From Reclinomonas americana ATCC 50394 (taxonomy: Eukaryota), in assembly GCA_048213135.1 (NCBI GenBank), contig PS015055.1:26823-81589 (forward strand): a stretch of 54,767 nt of DNA, read 5' to 3'. A model generated the notes under the pieces. It searched no databases. It was not told where the DNA came from and worked only from the letters and a program-made list of their open reading frames with translations. Made by a program: the position numbers and the translations under genes. Positions 41,979-51,516 of this stretch are shown here, one piece after another; the first letter of the stretch is position 1; each line of letters starts with the position of its first letter.

Positions 41979-44386
41979 AGAGTCAAGAGAAATGCCGTGA
42001 GTTGTACAGCTTGGTTCTTGTTGCAGATACACAGGCACTCACACACTTCGAGAGAGAGAGAGAAGCGTGCAAATGTGACAGAGACAGAGTGAATGCAACT
42101 TGCTTGTCATTGTTGAAAANNNNNNNNNNNNNNNNNNNNNNNNNNNNNNNNNNNNNNNNNNNNNNNNNNNNNNNNNNNNNNNNNNNNNNNNNNNNNNNNN
42201 NNNNNNNNNNNNNNNNNNNNNNNNNNNNNNNNNNNNNNNNNNNNNNNNNNNNNNNNNNNNNNNNNNNNNNNNNNNNNNNNNNNNNNNNNNNNNNNNNNNN
42301 NNNNNNNNNNNNNNNNNNNNNNNNNNNNNNNNNNNNNNNNNNNNNNNNNNNNNNNNNNNNNNNNNNNNNNNNNNNNNNNNNNNNNNNNNNNNNNNNNNNN
42401 NNNNNNNNNNNNNNNNNNNNNNNNNNNNNNNNNNNNNNNNNNNNNNNNNNNNNNNNNNNNNNNNNNNNNNNNNNNNNNNNNNNNNNNNNNNNNNNNNNNN
42501 NNNNNNNNNNNNNNNNNNNNNNNNNNNNNNNNNNNNNNNNNNNNNNNNNNNNNNNNNNNNNNNNNNNNNNNNNNNNNNNNNNNNNNNNNNNNNNNNNNNN
42601 NNNNNNNNNNNNNNNNNNNNNNNNNNNNNNNNNNNNNNNNNNNNNNNNNNNNNNNNNNNNNNNNNNNNNNNNNNNNNNNNNNNNNNNNNNNNNNNNNNNN
42701 NNNNNNNNNNNNNNNNNNNNNNNNNNNNNNNNNNNNNNNNNNNNNNNNNNNNNNNNNNNNNNNNNNNNNNNNNNNNNNNNNGAGAGACTGTCCGTGTCAT
42801 GTCTCCTATCCGCCGCTTCTCTTATCGCTCCCTCACCCTCCCGCTTCCCCCCCTCCCACGCAGCCGCATCAAGCCCGAGGACAGTGCACGCACGCTGAAC
42901 ATCACAGCAGACGGTGCGCTCCACACCCTGCACGAGCGCCCCATCTCTTGCCCTCAACGTCTCTCACCCTCCCCTCTCCCCAGATGTGCTCATCGCCGCG
43001 CCGAATGCACTCGACGGTATTGCACACAAGCGTCGACCGCATCAACTTCCACTGCTCACATCTCTCCGTCTGTCGCAGCAGGTGATCGAGCTGCCGCCGC
43101 CCCCGCCGTGGCCGACGGCAATGTGACCATTGTTGCGTCCGCCCTCTTTGCAGTTTTTTTGCTTCATCTTCTTGTCACGCTGACTGCGTGCCTCCCACTG
43201 TGCACAGAAAGTGCAAGTGCGTCAACTCTGCCCAGTCATGCCCTCCCGGTGCTTAATTAACCTCGCTGTCTTTGCAGAGCTCCCTGTGGGCCGAACTGCA
43301 GATCAAACTGAAGGTTTGTGTGGGCGGCAGAGTAGGGGTGGATGCGGCAATGCGAGCGAAGAGAGAAAGGGAGACACAGTATGTGGTGTATGCACGCACG
43401 CTGTACGGTGTTTGTGGGAGTGAGTGTGTTTGTACGTATGTATGAATGTATGTTTGCGTTCGTGTGTGTGTAAATATGCATGTGCAGTATGGCGAACGTG
43501 GGTGTGAGTGTGTGAGTGTGTGTGTCACCCCTTTTGTGTGTGTGTGTGTAGATATGTATGTATGTAGTATGCTGTTGGTGGGAGTTAGTGTGTTTGTACT
43601 TATGCTTGTTGTGCATGTATGTATGAATGTATGTTTGCGTGCGCGCGTGTGTGTGAGAGAGAGAGAGAGTGTGTGTGCGTCACCCCTGTGTGTGTGTGTG
43701 TAAATATGTATGCATGTAGTATGGTGTATGTGGGAGTGAGTGCGTGTTTGTACGTATGTGTGTATGTGCATGTATGTATGAATGTATGTTTGCGTGTGTG
43801 TGTGTGCGTGTGTGTGTGTATAAATATGCATGTATGCAGTATGGTGTGCGTGGGAGTGAGTGTGTGTTTATATGTATGTACGTATGTGTATGTATGTATT
43901 AATGTATGTTTGCGTGCGCTCGTGTGTGTGTGCGTGCGTGCTTGTGTGTGTGCGTGTGTGCGTGCTTGTGTGTGTGAGTGGAAGACGACTCTGACAAGAA
44001 GGAGTGCGACTCCCCCATTCTGATTTCCATGTTGCAGCTGGACACTCCCATGCAAAAGCTCTTTGACGCATACGCCAAGAAGAACAATGTGCAAGCGAAC
44101 GCCATTCGCTTCATGTTGGACGGAGTGTTGCGTGTCGATCCCACCAACGAGCACACTTCCCTTCCCGTACCGCATTCCTCACTGTCATCTGTGCGCAGCC
44201 GCATCAAGCCGGAAGACACGCCGCGATCGCTTCACATGGAGGACAACGGTGAGTGTTGAAAGGCCTTGTCTTTCACCTGCACATGCTGGTCCTGAAAAGA
44301 CGGCGGCAGATGTGATTGATGCGATGCGCGACCAAGAGGGCGGTTGGTCGATGGACGAAGTGGTGGGCATGGAGGTCGACGAGTGA
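40941..44386 (+). CDS. Tandem di-SUMO-like protein; some exons of domain 1 are probably lost in N gaps
   Basis: Exons: 40941-40964 (MADESITI), gap, 42864-42913 ([16 protein letters not shown]), 42984-43016, 43079-43131 (...VADGNVTI), 43208-43216 (KVQ), 43278-43313 ([12 protein letters not shown]), 44038-44126 ([30 protein letters not shown]), 44199-44248 ([16 protein letters not shown]), 44310-44386 ([25 protein letters not shown]). Domain 2 matches the SUMO consensus closely. Confidence 0.85.
43400..43980. repeat. Degenerate GT/GTAT-rich compound repeat in a SUMO-gene intron
   Basis: The blocks taaatatgcatgt.cagtatgg, gtgggagtgagtgtgt.tt and gtatgaatgtatgtttgcgt each recur about 4 times among (GT)n runs. 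Confidence 0.8.
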
Positions 44387-45400
44387 GGGGGGCGATTAGA
44401 CAGTGAGAAGAGGGTTGGAGGAAGTGTGGTTTTCTGCGCGATTCAGATAAAAGAGCCCGATCTTGGCAGGGGTAGGGATGGTCACATGCCAGAAACAGAG
44501 AAGCAAAAAGGGAGGATGGGGCGGAGGGTAGAAAGAAGATGAGGGAATTTATTTGAGAAGGATTGGCAGAGGCAGTCGACACGCAGACAGAATGAGACTG
44601 GGGCGTAAGTCGAGTCTCTCGTGGTCTCTGATCCCTTTCTCCAAACTCTCTTTTTAATGCTCTCCCGTTCTCTCTCCATTCCGCCTCATTCTCCTTCTGG
44701 ATGAGTCCTTCGCGTGACTGCCTCTGCCAACTCTTGATTCCCTCTACTTCTTGAGAGGGAATTTGACAGCGACTTGGAAACATAACGGTCCACAAGACAG
44801 AGACAGAAGCGGAGAGAGAACGCAGTGGATGGAGAAATGGGAGGAGAAAACCATGTGAGACCTGGAAGCTCATGTCAGAAGACACGTCACGCAAAATAAC
44901 GTTGTCAAGATGAGGACGGCGAGGAAGAAGACTTCGAAGCACACTGCGGCGGCCCAGATGGCACACAGACGGTCACACCAACGACATAACCGGAGGATGC
45001 TGGAAGGTGAGGGGGAGTTACTGAGAGTCCTGGAACACAGATGCACGGTCCAAAAGATCGATCGTCCAAATGGCGGCGTCTGTCGGTTCATCACAGTTTT
45101 TTCTTTACCCAATCAGGTGAGGACTCACCATCTCCTCTGCCGTTTGTGACTGCCTCTTCATGTCCATGCTTCCCCACTACCCGTTCTCTCCTCAACCCCC
45201 TCCCTCTCCCCCTCTCTCTATTATTCCTTACTCGCAAGCGGTTTCTCGCACTCGACTTTTCTTCGTCCGCCCAGTCCATTGAGGGCGCAGCCCTTTGTGG
45301 CACCTTAGCTTACACACTCGCGCTCTCTCTCTCTCACACACAGAGCGTTATCTGTAGCAAGCATTCTTTTAACTCCAGGTGCACGCGCAGGGAAGCCAAC

Positions 45401-45670
45401 ATGTCCCACTGCAGCGCGCTTGTACGCCGCTCCAAGCAACTCTCACTGGGCTTCTTTGCGCTGCTGTCGTTGATTGTGCTGTGCCACACCGCCACCGCCG
45501 CAAGTGAGTGGCACATGAACACCCACACGCACACACGAATAAGACGCATGTACTTTTATGTGTTCCTTCGTGATCGCAGCGCGCGCGCGCAGCGATCATG
45601 GTCAGGTGCTGAGTACATTGTTGTGTTGTTTGTTTGCGTCAAAACAGCATGTACATGCATCCTTCTCTCT

Positions 45671-45702
<32 letters not shown>

Positions 45703-48700
45703 TATTCTCATGCGCACGCGCACATTCGTTGTGTTGTGTCGTCAACACGCGCGAAAGAAGACCGTTATAGTTTGGACCGCACAACTTGATCATTTAAAAT
45801 TTCGCGCGCAATTATTTTTCTGCACGCCCTCCCTCCCCCTCCCTCCTCCTCCTCCTCCTCCTCCTTCTTTTCTCTCCCTTTATCCCGTCCCCTTCTTTCG
45901 ACCGCGTGCGCCTGGCAGACTTAAGTTTTTCGCGCCTTTTTGGTTTTCTTTTATCAGCCCTCTCTCCGAGCAACATCGCCGTCAAGGCCGGCACCGCTGG
46001 TCAGATCGTTGACATCAATGTGATTGGCTCGGCCATTGCCTGGTCGCCTGCCTCCACTGCCACTCTCTTCCTCGACCGCGCGTGCACGGGCGTGTCGCCG
46101 ACCACAGTCATCAACTCCAGCACCAACTCTGCTGCCTCGCTCACCTTCAACGCGTCTGGCGATGGCAATGGTGGTGAGCGCTATCTGTGCATCGACGTGG
46201 ACGGTGCGGGCGCGGCCACGCGCAACGAGTTTGTGGCCACTGTGTTTGTCTGTTGCGTCTCCATCGCTCTCCCTCGCCTGTACCTCCCTCAACTGACTCC
46301 ATTCTCTCCTCGCTCCACCACCACGCAGACACCCTCGGTTCGCAGAACAAGTCACCGCAGCTGGTGAATGGTCTCGCCGACTTCCGCCTGACGGTGGCTG
46401 GCCAGCACTTTGCCAATCGCCAACTGGGCGCTGGTGGCTCGTTTGGCTTGTTCGCGGCAGCGGACTGCAGCGGATCTCCGGCACCAAACTCGAGCGTCAC
46501 TCTGCAGGCCAGTGATCCTTCCGGCTTCTACACTCTGTTCTCGGTGGCCACTGGCGCATCATTCGCGCAGGGTGCGCTGGGCGCGACGGCAACCGGTTCG
46601 TGCACGCTGGCGTCGCCCGGTGTGTACTATCTGTGTGGCAAGTTTCGTCGTCACTTGGGGGAGAGATGGGCTGATTTGTTACGTGCGATCTAATATTTGC
46701 TGGCTCCTGGCCTGATGGTACGACATGATTGCTGGGATGCGTTTGGCTCTGCCTTCAACATGCCGCGCTGTTATCTCTCAGTCTCTTCTTCTCCTTTCTT
46801 CAACAGCATTGTTATGGCTATCGTCTTCTCCACCTCCACCTCCACCTCCACCTCCCTCTAATTCTTCTCCTTCTTCTTGTTCTCCTCCTCCTCCTTCTTT
46901 CTCTCGGTCATCTTGTTCTTCTTCATCCTCCTCCTCCACCGCCACCACCGCCGCCATGTATGACTCCTTTCTCTCTTCCCCCTCTCGCTCAAGATTTTGT
47001 TTTGGGTCTTCGCCTCCCGCCCCCTCTCATCGCCTCCTTTCCCCTCCGCCAGGTTCCAAGCCGGTGGCACCGCCCTGTATCGCCTGCAACCCCTCCCACT
47101 CATCGTGACCGCCGCCTCGTCGACGCCTGTGGTTTCCTTTGCCAATCCGCCAGTGCTCACGTACGGCAGCGCCAACTCGATTGTGATTGGCTCCTCGGCC
47201 TACAACCTCACCGACTGCACGAGTTTCAAGCTGGTGCCGGCCGGCGTCGATTGCGCCACTCTGTCGGACTACTCGACGCTGACGGGCAGTGTCGGCGCGT
47301 CGTTTGTGCGTGGTGGCGCCGACACTTGCCAGTTCGCGACTGGCTGCAGCGTGTTTCGTGCGACCGTCACCCCGAACGGGTCGAGTGGCGGCGGTGCCTA
47401 CAAGCTGTGTGTAGCGGCCAACAGCGGACCTTACGTGTCTGCGGAGGAGTCGTTCACCTCCGGTTTCATGACAGCCGGTGGCCTCAGTGCGGGCGGCGGC
47501 CCGTCGCCCACATCAACTCCACTCGCCGCTGACATCGACAGCAGCCCTGCCACCCTGAAGCCGAGCATGTCAACACTGGCGGTGACGGCAACCACGATCC
47601 AGTTCACGTTTGCTCGCGAATTCTACCGCCGCCCGCGCGTGTTGCTCGGCTTTGCCAGTGTCGGTAGCCAGCAGCCTGCTGGCCCAATTTCCACCCTCGC
47701 TAACGAGCCGAGTGATGGCACATTTGCATTCTGTGCGGAGCCAGTGGTGACGGTGTCGCAGTTGTCGACTCGCTGCCATGGCGTATCGACTGATGGCCAG
47801 CCGGGACCCACCATCACACTGAGTTGCGTTCGCCGGAGCTGTGCGATGGAAAACAAGTGTGACTCATAGTCTTTCTCCGCTTTGCCGCACGAGCAGGCTA
47901 CCTGGCGTACTATGTGCATCAGACGAATGCTCTGTCGATGGATGGTCAGCGCACGCTGACAAACAAGGCGTGGTTGACAGATGCAGTGAACAAGAACAGC
48001 TCGACTGTTGCGTGTTTTGTTTGAACCCTCCACTCCACTCCAGCCCCTCTAACTTAATCAATGTCGTTCACTTGTGTGCAGTTGGTGAGCGTGTCGTCCG
48101 CGTATCAGTTTGCATCGGTGCCAGCCATTCCCGTGGCCGTCATCGGTGTCATGTCGATGCGCCAGTCGGCAAGGGGCAACGATGGGCGCGTGCGCGGCGA
48201 CAACTTTTCTGTGACAAGCAGCTCAGCCTCGCGCACCAGCTTCGCACTGAAAGGAATAGTGAGCGGCGATTCGCGCGTGGATGCTGTGTCGGCACGTTTT
48301 GCTGTGGCACCGACACGCCCCGACAGCACCAACAGCAGCGGCTTTGTCATGCTGTCGGGAGGTGTGTTCATCTTCTCCATCTCGGTTTGAACTGTATCAT
48401 ATTGTCTCTTTGTCTGACCTTTTGCGTGTGGTGCAGAGACAACACACACCAGCAGCACGACGACGCAGACAGCCAGTCTGGTGACGCCGTCGACTCCCAA
48501 TGGCCTACTGCGTGCCACGATTACGGTGCAGCTGTTCCTGCGTGGGTGGAAGTCGTCTGCAATCACAGTGCAGAACCGCATCGACAAGCAGTCGCTGCAG
48601 TTCACCACCAGGCGCCTCGGCAACGAGGACTATGTGACGGCGATCTCGTACAGTGCCAGTGGGGCGGATGCGTCGGACGTTGAGTATGTGACGTGGGTGG

Positions 48701-51247
48701 CGATTGGCCGTGCGGCGCAGGGTGCACCGATCTCGTGCCCTGTCGGCTACAGCGGCTCCAACTGCGGCGTGTGCACGCTGCCTGACGGCGCCACGACGTG
48801 CTCACTGAACCGACGTGCGGTGCTGAGCTGCGTCTACGGTACCACCCAGATCATCGCCCAGTGTGCCGAGGGTCGCGAATGCTTCGGATCGAACGGCTTG
48901 GCGCGATGCGGGTGCTCTGCGAATGGTGTTGGGTGCTCGGCCAACGCTGACTGCTGCTCTCGTAGCTGTGATTCTGGTCTGTGTGTGTCGGTTTGCAGCC
49001 CGACCACCACGTGCTCTGGTCACGGAACGTGCAACAGTGACGATACATGCCTGTGCGCGGGCGACTACACCAATGCGAGCTGCAACTGCAGTCCCACCGC
49101 CACATGCTCTGGTCACGGAACATGCAAGGCTGACGGCGCCTGCCAGTGCACTGGCGACTACACCAATGCCAGTTGCAACTGCAGTCCGAGCATCACATGC
49201 TCGGGTCACGGCACATGNNNNNNNNNNNNNNNNNNNNCACATGCCAGTGCAATAATAACTACTTCGGCGCCTCCTGCAACGTGAACTGTGTGGCGGCCAC
49301 GACATGCTCTGGTAATGGAACGTGCAAGGCTGACGGTACGTGTCTGTGCACTGGCGACTACACCAACGCTGGCTGCAACTGCAGTCCCACCGCCACCTGT
49401 TCTGGCCATGGATCGTGCGACACCAATGGCACGTGCAGCTGCACAAGTCCTTGGAGTGGTAAGCAATACTATTTTTCTTTCGTCACGAGTCTGTGCTTGT
49501 CGTAATTGTTCACTGCTTGTCGCCCGCAGGCTCCGCGTGCTCGACCTGCGCCGCTAGTACCGTTATTGCGCTTGGATATATCGGCAAGTGGACGTCAGCG
49601 GCCTCCAGCAGCGATGGCACGAAGCTGGTGGTCGTTGGAAACGCTTCTCGAATTTACACCTCGACTGATTCTGGCGTAACGTGGACGGCTCGTGATTCCT
49701 CTCGTGGCTGGTTCTCAGTGGCCTCCAGCAGTGATGGCACGAAGCTGGTTGCTGTGGAGCAGTTTGGCCGGATATACACTTCAACCGACTCGGGCGTGAC
49801 ATGGACTCCTCGTAATTCCGATCGTGGCTGGGTCGCAGTGGCCTCCAGCAGTGACGGCACCAAGCTGGTGGCTGCAGTGGGGGGCGGTGGTCAGCTTTAT
49901 ACGTCCACTGACTCCGGTGCGACGTGGACGGCTCGGGAATCCGGTCGGTCGTGGTTATCAGTGGCCTCGAGCAGTGACGGCACAAAGCTGGTGGCTGTGG
50001 CCAATTTTGGTACTCAGATTTACGTCTCCGCCGACTCTGGTGCGACGTGGGCGGCTCGTGATTCCGGTCGCAACTGGCAGTCTGTGGCCTCTAGTAGTGA
50101 CGGAACCAAGCTAGTTGCCGTGGTAAACCCTGGTCAGATCTACACCTCCACTGACTCTGGCTCAACCTGGACGGCTCGAGAATCCAGTCGCGCCTGGACT
50201 GGAGTGACTTCCAACAGTGATGGCACCAAGTTGGCGGCAACTGTGAACAACGGTCAGGTATACGTCTCCACTGACTCTGGTGTGACGTGGACGGCCAGGG
50301 AATCCAGCCGCGCCTGGAGGGGAGTGACTTCGAACAGTGACGGCACCAAGTTGGTGGCTACTGTGAACGGCGGACCGGTGTTCACTTCCTCTGACTCGGG
50401 GATGACATGGACTGGAGCGACCCAGGGGCTACATGAGCCCAATCAGTGGCGAGCGTTGGCCTCCAGTAGCGATGGTACCAAGCTGGTGGCTGCATCGAAC
50501 CCCGGTCTGCTTTACACGTCCACTGACTCGGGTGTGACGTGGACTGCACGTGAGTCCAATCGCCAGTGGCAAGCTGTGGCTTCCAACAGTGATGGCACCA
50601 AGCTGGTAGCTACTGTTTCGAGCTTCGGTCAGCTTTACACCTCTGCCGACTCTGGCGTGACTTGGACAGCTCGAAATTCTTTCCGCCTCTGGTATTCCGT
50701 GGCCTCCAGCAGTGACGGCGTCAAGCTGGTGGCAGCTGCGAATTTCGATCAAATTTTCACCTCCACTGACTCTGGAGTCAATTGGACGGCTCGTGATTCC
50801 ACTCGACAGTGGGTTGGAGTGGCCTCCAGTAGTGACGGTACCAAGCTGGTGGCTGTGGAGCAAAATGGCCTGATTTACACGTCCGCTGACTCTGGCGTGA
50901 CGTGGACTCCCCGTGAATCCGCTCGCAATTGGTTCGGAGTGGCCTCGAGCAGTGACGGTACCAAGCTGGTGGCGGTTGAATTCGGTGGCCAGATCTACAC
51001 CTCCACGGACTCTGGCGTCACATGGACGGCTCGTGAATCCGCCCGCAGTTGGTTCGGAGTGGCCTCAAGCAGCGATGGCACCAAGCTGGCAGCTGTTGCG
51101 TTGAACAGCCAGGTTTACATATCCACTGACTCCGGCGTGACGTGGGCGCCTCGCGACTCTGTTCGCCAGTGGGCCTCAGTGACCTCGAGCAGTGATGGTG
51201 TCCAGGTGGTGGCTGGTGCGGATCAGGTGTACGTGTTTCCGTGTTGA
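45401..51247 (+). CDS. Secreted multidomain protein: signal peptide, 3 Cys-paired beta-sandwich repeats, ~3 H-type-lectin-like domains, knottin, EGF-like repeats, 14 BNR/Asp-box blades
   Basis: Phase-compatible exons 45401-45503, 45958-46251, 46329-46641, 47053-47822, 47897-48006, 48082-48361, 48437-49458 (N gap at 49218-49237) and 49530-51247. The N-terminus MSHCSALVRRSKQLSLGFFALLSLIVLCHTATAA resembles a signal peptide. No transmembrane segment is seen at the C-terminus. Confidence 0.82.
48990..49550 (+). repeat. Tandem tenascin-type EGF-like repeats (~93-bp period, about 5 copies visible)
   Basis: Units of the form CSPTxTCSGHGTCxxDGxCxCxGDYTNAxCN, with high DNA identity between copies. An assembly gap falls inside the array. 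Confidence 0.9.
49588..51247 (+). repeat. 14 tandem ~40-aa BNR/Asp-box repeats, probably two 7-bladed beta-propellers
   Basis: W..VASSSDGTKLVA....G.IYTSTDSGVTWTAR.S.R occurs 14 times (the last truncated). The SxDxGxTW Asp-box is in copies 1-13, and a short insertion (GATQGLHEPNQ) follows copy 7. Confidence 0.92.
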
Positions 51248-51516
51248 TCTTTTTGCGTGCGTATGCATGGATTTCCTGTGGTGTGATTTTCCGTCTTTTG
51301 CTGCAGCTCTCTTATTGTGTTTCGTCGTCGGATTATTCTTTGCCCATTCTCTCGCCCGACATGAGCTGTGCACTTCATTGTTGTCCATCTTAGGGGCTGC
51401 GTTTTGTTGCTACAAACACGGAATGCAGTCTCCCTTCGTTCTCGTTGCAGAGTACCGCCATTTCGCTGAATTCACCGGCATCCCTCTCACCACGATGAAC
51501 AAGTGTCACTCCATGT

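Noticed and set aside
44400-45350. Possible small gene between the SUMO gene and the secreted-protein gene (ORFs 44910-45149 + and 44232-44966 -)
   Set aside because: I found no recognisable motif and could not build a consistent exon chain, so it is left unannotated.
49588-51200. Regular ~120-bp repeats with variable inserts, resembling a CRISPR array
   Set aside because: The repeats are in-frame protein-coding BNR blades with synonymous variation. The context is eukaryotic and no cas genes are present.
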